A DNA stretch of 64,000 bases from a virus: IMG/VR virus record IMGVR_UViG_3300023110_000006; one strand, given 5' to 3'. The position numbers were made by a program, and so were the translations under genes. The notes beneath the pieces were generated by a model that was given only the letters and a program-made list of their open reading frames with translations, was not told the DNA's origin and ran no database searches. Shown one piece after another: positions 9,670 to 19,373 of this stretch (its first letter is position 1; every line of letters begins with the position of its first letter).

Positions 9670-12600
9670 ATGGCATTATCATCACCAGGTGTTGAGGTTA
9701 AGGTAATTGACGAAAGTTTTTACACGCCAGCCGAACCCGGCACCGTACCAATGATTTTTGTCGCAACAGCCCAAGATAAACAAAATGGGTCAGCTACAGG
9801 CACAGCGCCTGGAACTACAGCGGCAAATGCAGGTAAACCCTACCTGATTACATCACAAAGGGATTTAGTAGAAACATTCGGAGAGCCTTTATTCTATACA
9901 GATAGCAACAACAATCCAATACATGGAGGTGAGCTAAATGAGTATGGTCTACAAGCGGCTTATTCATTATTAGGCGTAAGCAATAGAGCATACGTTGTAA
10001 GAGCAGGAATTGACTTAGGTGGCATTACAGCTACAGCAGATGCACCGACAAGCGATCCAGCAGATGGAACATATTGGGTAGATACAGCATCTACAATTTA
10101 TGGTTTATTTGAGTGGAACGGCGCGGCAGGTTCAACAGCAACTGGTCAAAGTTTTGTTTACAATGCACCTATTGTTATTACAGATGCAACAAAATTAGAC
10201 GGCGGAGTACCAAAAACATCAGTAGGTGCTATTGGTGACTACGCAATCACAGCAACAACTACACTACAAAAAATGTATTACAAAAATTTAAGTGGTGCAT
10301 GGGTAGAGGTTGGAAGTTCAGCATGGAAAGCAAGCTGGCCAACAGTGTCAGGTTCAACTGCACCATCAACAACTTCAGGCTTTGATATGACAATTAACGG
10401 CTCAACAGTTACAACAGCCGGTACAGATGCAACAGCGGCGGCGGCGGCAATTAATAGTGCGGCCATTGCAGGAGTTACAGCAGACGTAGATACAGCAAAC
10501 GATATTTTGAGAATATACTCAACAGGCGCAAACCTAGTGCTTGCAGAAGGAACAGGTCTTATGGGAGACATGGGCTTAACAGCAGGAACTTACTACGCAC
10601 CTGAGTTGAATATTGCCCCTCATACAAGTGTTCCTGAGTTTGGTGAAAACGATGCTACTCCACGTCCAACTGGATCTGTTTGGGTAAAAACAACAACACC
10701 TAACAAAGGTGCTAATTGGGCAATTAAAGTTTGGAATGATGCAACTAAATTATGGGATACAAAAAGTGTTTCGATTTTTGCAGACAACCAAACTGCTATC
10801 TACAACTTAGATAAGTCCGGTGGTGGATTGAATCTTAACTCAGACGCATTATTTGTAAAATTTAATGATGCAGAAGAATCAACACTAGTAGCAAACTTTA
10901 AAGTATACAAAAGAAATGCTACAGGAGCAACTACAATTACTGGTAGCGCAGTTACTACACAAGTTTCAGCTGGTGGAGTAACATTTAGCATCCAAGAATC
11001 AATTGTAGGTAGTGCAAGTTTAAACAGTGCAGTGGCTATTAGTGCTACAGCAACTGGTGCGGCAACTGATGCAGATGTAATTGCAGGTGCTATTAACAGT
11101 GCTGGCTTTACAAATGTTTCTGCAAGCGTTGACACTGCAAACAGAATTGTAATTTCACACAGCAAAGGTGGCGAATTTAGAATTGCTGACACAAGTGGAC
11201 ATTTAGCAGAGGCTGGATTTAGCACAAGTGATACAACAAATCTTTACGCGGCGCCAGCAGGTGATACAACTAACGATTTTGTAGCAACAAACTGGAAAGT
11301 ACTTACTGCGACTAACAGTGCAAATGCACCAACTGCACTTGCAACTGACGGCACATTATGGTATAATTCAGTAGTTGATGAAGTTGATATCATGGTACAC
11401 AATGGAACAACTTGGGTAGGTTATTTAGATTCTACAAGTCCGTTCTATAGTGCAAGTGCTAACGATCAAACTGATCCAGCAGGACCGATTGTAAGTGCAA
11501 CAGAACCAACTTTACAATCAGATGGTACAGCTCTTAAAAATGGAGATTTATGGATAAGCACAGCAAGCATTGACAAATATCCAGAAATTTACAAATGGAG
11601 CGGTGCTAAATCACAATGGATCCAGTTAGATACAGGTGATCAAACTACTCAAGATGGTATCTTATTTGCAGATGCACGTTGGAGCACAGCAGGTGCAAAC
11701 AGCGCAGAAGCAACTATTGCTGACTTGTTAGTTAATAACTACTTAGACTTTGATGCTCCAGATCCTGCATTATATCCAAAAGGTATGTTACTATGGAACT
11801 TACGTAGAAGCGGATTTAACGTAAAGAAATTTGTACGTAATTACATTGATGTAACAGCAGACAATGGACGTTTTGAAGTTAACAACGCAGACGAGCCTAT
11901 GACAAATTACTATCCACACAGATGGGTAACTGAATCAGCAAATAATTCAAACGGTTCAGGACGTTTTGGTCAATCTGCACAAAGAGCTGTAGTTGTTCAA
12001 AGTTTACAAGCAACTGTAAACAGTAATGATGAAATACGTGATGACGAATCGCGCATATTTAACATTATGGCAACTCCAGGTTATCCAGAACTAATTGGTG
12101 AAATGATTTCACTAAATTACGATAGAGGTTTAACAGCATTTATCGTAGGTGATTCACCAAGTTCACTACTACCAAATGCAACGTCATTAAACGAATGGGG
12201 AACAAATGTTAACCTTGCAGTTGAAGATAATGCAGATGGATTAGTAAGTAGAGATGAATATCTAGGCGTTTACTATCCATGGGGTTTCACAAGTGATAAC
12301 TTTGGTAACAACGTTGTTGTTCCACCGTCACACATGATGCTACGTACTATCGCACTTAGCGACCAAGTATCGTTTCCATGGTTTGCACCAGCAGGTACAA
12401 GACGTGGTGGTATTACAAACGCAACAGCAACAGGTTACATTGATAACGAAGGCGAATTTGTATCAGTAGCGTTGAACGAAGGACAACGTGATACACTATT
12501 TGGAATTAGTGTTAACCCAATTACATTCATTACAGGAGCAGGACTTGTTGCATTTGGTCAAAAGACTAGAGCAAGAAATGCAAGTGCATTGGATAGAATT

Positions 12601-12909
12601 AATGTTGCTAGATTGGTTATCTACTTACGTAGTCAGCTTAACAAACTTGCTAAGCCTTATATCTTTGAGCCAAATGATAAAATCACACGTGATGAAATTA
12701 AACAAGCGGCTGAAAGTTTAATGCTTGAACTAGTAGGTTCGAGAGCACTATACGATTACATTGTAGTATGTGACGAAACAAACAACACACCAGCTAGAAT
12801 TGATAGAAATGAACTATACTTAGACATTGCTATTGAGCCAGTGAAAGCAGTGGAATTTATTTACATTCCATTGAGATTGAAAAACACAGGAGAAATAGCA
12901 GGTTTATAA
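9670..12909 (+). CDS. Tail sheath protein (gp18-like) with large central insertion
   Basis: LSSPGVEVKVIDES start; WFAPAGTRRG, GQKT, LDRINVARL, FEPND, VVCDETNNTP, IDRNEL, EFIYIP. Confidence 0.95.
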   Translation: MALSSPGVEVKVIDESFYTPAEPGTVPMIFVATAQDKQNGSATGTAPGTTAANAGKPYLITSQRDLVETFGEPLFYTDSNNNPIHGGELNEYGLQAAYSLLGVSNRAYVVRAGIDLGGITATADAPTSDPADGTYWVDTASTIYGLFEWNGAAGSTATGQSFVYNAPIVITDATKLDGGVPKTSVGAIGDYAITATTTLQKMYYKNLSGAWVEVGSSAWKASWPTVSGSTAPSTTSGFDMTINGSTVTTAGTDATAAAAAINSAAIAGVTADVDTANDILRIYSTGANLVLAEGTGLMGDMGLTAGTYYAPELNIAPHTSVPEFGENDATPRPTGSVWVKTTTPNKGANWAIKVWNDATKLWDTKSVSIFADNQTAIYNLDKSGGGLNLNSDALFVKFNDAEESTLVANFKVYKRNATGATTITGSAVTTQVSAGGVTFSIQESIVGSASLNSAVAISATATGAATDADVIAGAINSAGFTNVSASVDTANRIVISHSKGGEFRIADTSGHLAEAGFSTSDTTNLYAAPAGDTTNDFVATNWKVLTATNSANAPTALATDGTLWYNSVVDEVDIMVHNGTTWVGYLDSTSPFYSASANDQTDPAGPIVSATEPTLQSDGTALKNGDLWISTASIDKYPEIYKWSGAKSQWIQLDTGDQTTQDGILFADARWSTAGANSAEATIADLLVNNYLDFDAPDPALYPKGMLLWNLRRSGFNVKKFVRNYIDVTADNGRFEVNNADEPMTNYYPHRWVTESANNSNGSGRFGQSAQRAVVVQSLQATVNSNDEIRDDESRIFNIMATPGYPELIGEMISLNYDRGLTAFIVGDSPSSLLPNATSLNEWGTNVNLAVEDNADGLVSRDEYLGVYYPWGFTSDNFGNNVVVPPSHMMLRTIALSDQVSFPWFAPAGTRRGGITNATATGYIDNEGEFVSVALNEGQRDTLFGISVNPITFITGAGLVAFGQKTRARNASALDRINVARLVIYLRSQLNKLAKPYIFEPNDKITRDEIKQAAESLMLELVGSRALYDYIVVCDETNNTPARIDRNELYLDIAIEPVKAVEFIYIPLRLKNTGEIAGL

Positions 12910-12915
12910 TTTAAA

Positions 12916-12943
12916 AATGAGCCCTTGAAATACAGGGCTCATT
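12916..12943 (+). terminator. Stem-loop after the sheath gene
   Basis: AATGAGCCCT...AGGGCTCATT. Confidence 0.55.
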
Positions 12944-12975
12944 AAATGATAAATACTTGTAAGGAGTAAAACATT

Positions 12976-13608
12976 ATGGCAATATCAACACTCTCAAAGA
13001 TTACAGTACCACTAGCAAGCGATAATAGTGCAAGCACTCAAGGCTTATTAATGCCTAAATTGCAGTATCGCTTTAGAGTGACACTTGAGAATTTCGGTGT
13101 ATCAACACCAACAACAGAACTAACAAAACAGGTAATTGATGTAACACGCCCAAGTGTAACATTCGAAGAAATGGAAATACCTGTTTACAACAGTAGAGCA
13201 TACCTAGCTGGTAGACACAGCTTTGAGCCTATTACACTAAACTTACGTGAAGATGTAAACAACAGTGTACAAAGACTAGTTGGCGAACAGTTACAGAAAC
13301 AGTTCGACTTCTTTGAACAGTCTGGTGCGGCATCAGGTATTGACTACAAATTTTTAACAAGAATTGAAATACTAGATGGCGGTAACGGAGCAAATACTCC
13401 AAACACACTAGAAACATTTGAACTATATGGTTGTTTTGTACAAAATGCTAATTACAACTCATTAGCTTACAGTGCAAACGAACCAGTAACAGTAACACTA
13501 AGCATACGCTTTGACAATGCTATACAGACACCACAAGGTGAAGGAATTGGTACAGCAGTTGGTAGAACTATTAATAGCTTAGTAACTGGTGGCGGCGGTA
13601 TTGGTTAA
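12976..13608 (+). CDS. Tail tube protein (gp19-like)
   Basis: PKLQYRFRV, RPSVTFEE, YLAGRH, LYGCF; follows sheath; late promoter GATAAATA upstream. Confidence 0.85.
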   Translation: MAISTLSKITVPLASDNSASTQGLLMPKLQYRFRVTLENFGVSTPTTELTKQVIDVTRPSVTFEEMEIPVYNSRAYLAGRHSFEPITLNLREDVNNSVQRLVGEQLQKQFDFFEQSGAASGIDYKFLTRIEILDGGNGANTPNTLETFELYGCFVQNANYNSLAYSANEPVTVTLSIRFDNAIQTPQGEGIGTAVGRTINSLVTGGGGIG

Positions 13609-13633
13609 TACCTAAGTCAATTGCCATAATTAC

Positions 13634-13663
13634 AAAAAGGGGTCTTTTTAAGGCCCCTTTTTT
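13634..13663 (+). terminator. Rho-independent terminator (possibly bidirectional)
   Basis: AAAAAGGGGTCTT-loop-AAGGCCCCTTTTTT. Confidence 0.75.
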
Positions 13664-13701
13664 ATTTTATACGTACTTTTCTTTCATGGATAAATATTAG
13701 T

Positions 13702-15111
13702 ATGGCAAACTTTTTAAATGGATTTTTAGATAATTTATTCAAGGGTGCTCTTAATCCAGGAGGCACTTTTAAAGATTATCAACACGCGGCAAGGTTGTTT
13801 TCTGATAACGGTTTTCGTCTTGCACCTAAAGCAAAATTTCTCTATCATGTTGTTTTTGAATTAACTGAAGAAGCAAGAAATACTGTTCCTCAATTAGATC
13901 AAAGGCATAAACAAGAAATAAACATGCTTGTAAAACAAGCAGATCTTCCCAAATTTAGTGTACAAACACAAACAAAAAATATGTACAATAGGAAGAAAAA
14001 TTTACAAACTAGTTTAGAATATGATCCTATTAATATAACATTCCACGATGATAACTTAGGTCTTACTACACTTCTATTAGAATCTTATTATAGATATTAT
14101 TTTAGAGATGGAAATTATAATACAGAAGGAGTGAGTCCTCCTTATTCTCCGAGAAATACATACGGAAAACCAGAAGAACAAAATTACAGATATGGTTTAG
14201 ATAACAATCATAAAAGTCCATTTTTTGATAAAATTACAATATATCAATTATCACGAAAAGAATATACTGCATATACTCTTGTAAATCCACTTGTTACAGG
14301 ATTAACTCATGACAGTGTAGATGCGTATGAAAGCGCAGGCTTAATGCAAAACCAAATGACGGTTGCTTACGAAGCTGTATTCTATAGCAGAGGACCAGTA
14401 GGTGAAGATAGTCCAAAAGGATTTGCTACTGTACATTATGATAAAACTCCTAGTCCATTAAGCATACAAGGCGGCGGAACATCTAGCTTATTAGGTCAAG
14501 GAGGTGTCTTTGGTGGCTTGACAACAGTATTAAATGATATTGCAGGCGGGCAATTTAATCTAGGCACAGCATTAACAGCATTTAATACCTACAAAAATGC
14601 AAAAAGTTTATCTAAAGAAGGTTTGCGAGAAGAAGGATTTAATATATTGAAAGGTGCTCTTGGAGATATTAGAAAAGAAGGCATAGGTGGCATACCTGGT
14701 GTAAATGTTCCTAAGCAAAATGGTGCAGGCGGATACAATGATCCTGTGCTAACTAATGGTGGCATTGTTGATACACGCTCTAGTTTGTATAGTAGCAAAA
14801 TAAATGAAAGTTATTCAAACAACGGATTAACATATAGTCCAGGTGATCTTGCTATACCAAGTATAAAATCTGAACCGTTAGTACCCGGCACAGGACAAAC
14901 ATTAGACGAAATTTTAGCAAGTCCACCAACAGTAAGTAGCAGTTCGGTCACAAGAAGTAGCAGTAGTAGCTCACAAACAGTAACTACAACAGGTGGAGGA
15001 GTTACTACACGTACTGGAGTACAACGAACACCTTTGAGAGAACAAATAGCAAATAGAAAAGCGGCAAGAGCAGAACGCCGTGCATTAAGAAACCAAGTAG
15101 GGGACTTTTAA
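13702..15111 (+). CDS. Tail-tube-like baseplate/tail initiator protein
   Basis: gp19-like core (LVKQADLPKF, NMYNRK, PINITFHDD, MTVAYE) plus Ser/Thr-rich and basic C-terminus. Confidence 0.6.
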   Translation: MANFLNGFLDNLFKGALNPGGTFKDYQHAARLFSDNGFRLAPKAKFLYHVVFELTEEARNTVPQLDQRHKQEINMLVKQADLPKFSVQTQTKNMYNRKKNLQTSLEYDPINITFHDDNLGLTTLLLESYYRYYFRDGNYNTEGVSPPYSPRNTYGKPEEQNYRYGLDNNHKSPFFDKITIYQLSRKEYTAYTLVNPLVTGLTHDSVDAYESAGLMQNQMTVAYEAVFYSRGPVGEDSPKGFATVHYDKTPSPLSIQGGGTSSLLGQGGVFGGLTTVLNDIAGGQFNLGTALTAFNTYKNAKSLSKEGLREEGFNILKGALGDIRKEGIGGIPGVNVPKQNGAGGYNDPVLTNGGIVDTRSSLYSSKINESYSNNGLTYSPGDLAIPSIKSEPLVPGTGQTLDEILASPPTVSSSSVTRSSSSSSQTVTTTGGGVTTRTGVQRTPLREQIANRKAARAERRALRNQVGDF

Positions 15112-15470
15112 TGAGTGATTATAAATTAGAACCTGTAGATAGTGGCTCTGTTGTAAAAGAATTTTTTAACAAATATTTTTCTGAACCAATTACATACAAC
15201 GCAAACACAGTAGACAGTGTAGTAGGATTTTTTAAAAGACGTGGGTTCGATGATACAAGTGCAACAGGAGTTGCGACAGTGTTGTTAGAACAAGCAAAAA
15301 TAGATGGTGTAAATGTTTATACATTGTTAGACACATTAAAAGGTGTAGATGACATTCAAATTAGTGCTATTGTTGCACAAGTTTTAAATTACAATAGACA
15401 AAAAGTAAGTTCTTTAGGTTTTACATCAGATAAAATTGCAAGAGAAGAATCAAGAAATATAGTGGTATGA
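15111..15470 (+). CDS. Hypothetical protein (late module)
   Basis: 119-aa ORF translationally coupled within the structural operon. Confidence 0.6.
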   Translation: MSDYKLEPVDSGSVVKEFFNKYFSEPITYNANTVDSVVGFFKRRGFDDTSATGVATVLLEQAKIDGVNVYTLLDTLKGVDDIQISAIVAQVLNYNRQKVSSLGFTSDKIAREESRNIVV

Positions 15471-15471
15471 T

Positions 15472-15906
15472 ATGCCTAGATTTGCTCAAGGAAAATTTGG
15501 TCTAAAAAACCCAGCAAAGTATATTGGAGGCAGAACACCGACTTACAGATCAAGTTGGGAATTTGCTTTTATGAAATTCCTAGATGAACATCCTAGTGTA
15601 GCAAAGTGGGCAAGCGAAGCTATAAAAATTCCATATAGGAATCCACTAACAGGTAAACACACAATTTATGTACCAGATTTTTTTATAGTATATGCAGATA
15701 AAAGAAGTAAACAGCATGTAGAATTAATAGAAGTAAAACCTGCAAATCAAGCTATAAGAGAAAAGGTAGGACGTAGTAAGATTAATCAAGCACATTTTAT
15801 TGTTAACCAAGCAAAATGGGAAGCCGCAAGGGCCTACTGTAAACAAAAAGGCATTTTCTTTAGGGTTATTAGTGAAAATGATATTTTCCATAACGGTAAA
15901 CGATAA
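15472..15906 (+). CDS. Head completion nuclease (T4 gp4-like, TnsA-like PD-(D/E)XK)
   Basis: NPAKY, YRSSWE, WASE, IPY, YVPDF, IEVKP, NQAKWEAA. Confidence 0.9.
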   Translation: MPRFAQGKFGLKNPAKYIGGRTPTYRSSWEFAFMKFLDEHPSVAKWASEAIKIPYRNPLTGKHTIYVPDFFIVYADKRSKQHVELIEVKPANQAIREKVGRSKINQAHFIVNQAKWEAARAYCKQKGIFFRVISENDIFHNGKR

Positions 15907-15936
15907 ATAATAGTAGCATATAATACTGGAAAGACT

Positions 15937-16434
15937 ATGACAAAAAAACTACAAGACCTACTTGATTTACCAGATTCTAAAGAAATAATTCAAAACGAAT
16001 TAGAAGATGATATAAAATCTAAATCAGTTATAGAACAAAAAGATACATTGCGTGATATTTCTGAACTTGATAAGATTGAAGCGGCATTACCTACTGTAAA
16101 AGGATTAGGTGAAATGGCAGATGCTGAACTTAATGATGTTGCACAGAGAGCATTACAAAGTTATGAAGACTTAATGGATTTAGGAATGAATGTTGAAAGT
16201 CGTTATAGTGGCAGAGTGTTTGAGGTAGCAGGAGGTATGCTGAAAACGTCTCTTGATGCTAAGGTAGCAAAATTAGATAAAAAACTAAAAATGGTAGAGC
16301 TTCAACTTAAAAAAGAAAAACTAGATCAAGATAAACCTATTGAAGAAGCAGGTATTATTAGCGGAACAGGCGCTATTGTAGCTGATAGGAATAGCCTACT
16401 ACAACGTTTAAAAGATCTAGATAAAGATAAATAG
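15937..16434 (+). CDS. Probable terminase small subunit (gp16-like)
   Basis: Helical protein with RVFEVA motif, upstream of the terminase large subunit. Confidence 0.55.
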   Translation: MTKKLQDLLDLPDSKEIIQNELEDDIKSKSVIEQKDTLRDISELDKIEAALPTVKGLGEMADAELNDVAQRALQSYEDLMDLGMNVESRYSGRVFEVAGGMLKTSLDAKVAKLDKKLKMVELQLKKEKLDQDKPIEEAGIISGTGAIVADRNSLLQRLKDLDKDK

Positions 16435-16451
16435 TATTAGAGGTATTAAAC

Positions 16452-17015
16452 ATGAAGACATTTACAGAAGTACTTACAGAATCAAAAAAAACCTATGAAT
16501 TTAAAGTAGGTGTTGCAGGTGAACTAGGTGAAAATTTTACTGATGCACTAGAAACTTGTATGAAAAAATATCAAGTTGTATCTATGTCAAACGGTAAAAA
16601 GACACCAATACAAGAACGTCCATTAGATTTCCCCCAGCTAGAAAATATGGAAGTAACGTATTGGGACGTAGAAGTTGCATATCCAACAACACCGCAAGTG
16701 TTAGAAGAATACATTGAAAAATGTTGCCCATGTGACCCTAATCATGTAATTGTACGTACAGCAAATGCACCTCAAGAAGAATACCAAGTGCCTAAGTCAG
16801 GCGAGCCATACCAGTCAAAATTAGATACATTAGAAATGGAACAGGCAGAACCAGATGCACAGAAAAAAGTAGCTGGAGACAGAGTTATGGATCTATTAAA
16901 AGAATTAGAAACAGCTCGCAAAGAAAGAAATGTCGATCCTATGGAAGCCGCTCCTAAAGGCGAAAGTGCAGACATAGATGATAAAATAAACACAAAAGCA
17001 GTTGTAGGAGGCTAA
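16452..17015 (+). CDS. Hypothetical late protein
   Basis: Late promoter GATAAATA and GAGGT RBS; MKTF..LTES N-terminus typical of head-associated proteins. Confidence 0.6.
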   Translation: MKTFTEVLTESKKTYEFKVGVAGELGENFTDALETCMKKYQVVSMSNGKKTPIQERPLDFPQLENMEVTYWDVEVAYPTTPQVLEEYIEKCCPCDPNHVIVRTANAPQEEYQVPKSGEPYQSKLDTLEMEQAEPDAQKKVAGDRVMDLLKELETARKERNVDPMEAAPKGESADIDDKINTKAVVGG

Positions 17016-17016
17016 T

Positions 17017-17733
17017 ATGAAAGACATACTACAAAAATTAGATGAACTAGATAAAGCAATTGATCAAAGAGATCCAGCTCCAGAAATAACAAGATTGGAC
17101 GAACAAGCAAATATGAATATTTCTATGAGCGGAGAAACAGCTGATGAAGTAGCTAGTTTGTTACGTATCATGCAAGGCGGCGGTGCACCTGAAGCAAAGC
17201 CAGTTGGTCCTGACATGATGCCAATGAAAAAATTAATCAAAATTGCTAATCCAGATATGGATGATCCAGAAGCGCCAAGCGATGGAGATATGAATGATCT
17301 AAAACCTGGCATACAAAAAGAACCATGCAAAGTTTGCGGCAAAGTACACTTAGGCAATAGTGGTTGTGGTGGACATGAATCTACAGAAGAAGAATGGGAT
17401 AATTCTCCAGACGAAGAATACAAAGATACACAATACATGACGAAAGATTTGTCAGGCGGAGCGAACAGAGAAAAAGGTCAATACAAAGCATCTGTTAGAG
17501 GCGACAATGCAATGGCAATGGAAGAATTACAAACCGAATTACGTGATCAACTAATGGCTAAAATGAACGAAGCCAAAGATGAAGAAAAATTTGATGAAAT
17601 GGGTTGTGTAAAGGAAATGAAAAAACTTTATGCAAGCGGTTGCACTAAAGCAGAAAACTACAAAAAGTGCAAAGAAGGATACGGTTGTTCAAGAGGACAA
17701 TTTGAAAAACTATACGCATCCAATTGCGGTTAA
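17017..17733 (+). CDS. Hypothetical acidic late protein
   Basis: GGAGG RBS, 238-aa ORF followed by a terminator. Confidence 0.6.
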   Translation: MKDILQKLDELDKAIDQRDPAPEITRLDEQANMNISMSGETADEVASLLRIMQGGGAPEAKPVGPDMMPMKKLIKIANPDMDDPEAPSDGDMNDLKPGIQKEPCKVCGKVHLGNSGCGGHESTEEEWDNSPDEEYKDTQYMTKDLSGGANREKGQYKASVRGDNAMAMEELQTELRDQLMAKMNEAKDEEKFDEMGCVKEMKKLYASGCTKAENYKKCKEGYGCSRGQFEKLYASNCG

Positions 17734-17741
17734 CATAATTC

Positions 17742-17768
17742 AATAGGGCCTACGGGCCCTATTCTTTT
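17742..17768 (+). terminator. Rho-independent terminator
   Basis: AATAGGGCC-TACG-GGCCCTATT-CTTTT. Confidence 0.75.
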
Positions 17769-17781
17769 GAGTAAATACAAC

Positions 17782-19362
17782 ATGTCGAAAAGTTTAGATG
17801 GCGTATTAACAAAGAAAGCCAACCAAAGAGAAACATTTACCGAAGAACAAATACAAGACTTAATGGCTTGTATGGATCCTCAAAACGGTTATTTGTATTT
17901 TGCAGAAAAGTTTGGTTATATACAGCATCCAGTAAAAGGCAAACTATTGTTTGAACCTTTCACTTATCAGTGCAGACTTTTAGAAAGTTATCATAATTAT
18001 AGATTTAACATTAATATGTTACCTAGGCAAACAGGCAAAACTACATGTGCCGCCATTTATCTATTATGGTATGCAATGTTTCAACCAGATCAAACTGTAC
18101 TGATTGCCGCACACAAATATACTGGTGCACAAGAAATTATGCAACGAATTAGATATGCATATGAATTATGTCCTGATCACATTAGAGCAGGTGTAATTAA
18201 TTACAACAAAGGTACTATAGAGTTTGAAAATGGATCACGTATTGTAAGTCAAACAACAACTGGCAATACAGGCAGAGGTATGTCTATTTCATTACTATAC
18301 TGCGACGAGTTTGCATTTGTACAACCTAATATAGCCCAAGACTTTTGGACTTCAATATCACCTACACTAGCTACAGGTGGTCGTGCTATTATTACAAGCA
18401 CACCTAACTCAGACGAAGATACATTTGCTACAATTTGGAAACAAGCAGAACAAAAATTTGACGAACACGGTAATGAAAATGAAGTTGGCATAAATGGCTT
18501 TCATAGTTTTACTTGTCATTGGAGTGAACATCCTGATCGAGATGATAAATGGAAAGAAGAAGAACTAGGAAGAATTGGTGAAGAAAGATTTAGACGTGAA
18601 TACGAATGCGAATTCCTTGTATTTGACGAAACACTAATTAATGCTATAAAACTTGCTACACTAGAAGGAACATCTCCTATAATTAATATGGGACAAACAA
18701 GATGGTATAAAAAACCTACTAGTGAGTTTACATATGCTGTTGCCCTTGATCCTAGTATGGGTACAGGAGGAGATTATTCAGCTATACAAGTTTATGAATT
18801 ACCTAGTTATGAACAAGTAGCAGAATGGCAACACAATACTACAGCTATACCAGGACAAATTAGAGTGCTTGCTGATATATGTAAGTATATAGAAAGCGAA
18901 ACAAAGGCACCACAATCAATTTACTGGAGTGTAGAAAACAATGGCTTAGGTGAAGCCGCACTTATTGTAATAAATGATTACGGTGAAGAAAATATACCAG
19001 GGCTTTTTGTAAGCGAACCTATTAGAAAAGGTCATGTTAGAAAATTCCGTAAAGGATTTAATACTACCCATAGTACAAAGGTTACAGCTTGTAGTAGGCT
19101 TAAAACTATGGTTGAAAACGATAAATTAATGATTAAATCGAAACCACTTGTATCTGAACTTAAAAATTTTGTAGCTACAGGATCTAGCTATCAAGCTAAA
19201 TTAGGGCATAGCGATGATTTAATAAGTGCTACTCTACTAGCATTAAGAATGATGGATGTAATGAAAGATTGGGATCCTAGGGTATATAACACCTTCAATC
19301 AAACCGAAGAAATAGAAGATTACGAACCGCCAATGCCTATCTTCATAAGTACAAACTATTGA
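17782..19362 (+). CDS. Terminase large subunit (gp17-like)
   Basis: PRQTGKTT Walker A, LLYCDEFAFV Walker B, ITSTPN, FRREYECEF, ALDPSMG, VENN, HSDDL. Confidence 0.97.
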   Translation: MSKSLDGVLTKKANQRETFTEEQIQDLMACMDPQNGYLYFAEKFGYIQHPVKGKLLFEPFTYQCRLLESYHNYRFNINMLPRQTGKTTCAAIYLLWYAMFQPDQTVLIAAHKYTGAQEIMQRIRYAYELCPDHIRAGVINYNKGTIEFENGSRIVSQTTTGNTGRGMSISLLYCDEFAFVQPNIAQDFWTSISPTLATGGRAIITSTPNSDEDTFATIWKQAEQKFDEHGNENEVGINGFHSFTCHWSEHPDRDDKWKEEELGRIGEERFRREYECEFLVFDETLINAIKLATLEGTSPIINMGQTRWYKKPTSEFTYAVALDPSMGTGGDYSAIQVYELPSYEQVAEWQHNTTAIPGQIRVLADICKYIESETKAPQSIYWSVENNGLGEAALIVINDYGEENIPGLFVSEPIRKGHVRKFRKGFNTTHSTKVTACSRLKTMVENDKLMIKSKPLVSELKNFVATGSSYQAKLGHSDDLISATLLALRMMDVMKDWDPRVYNTFNQTEEIEDYEPPMPIFISTNY

Positions 19363-19373
19363 TAAATACTAAC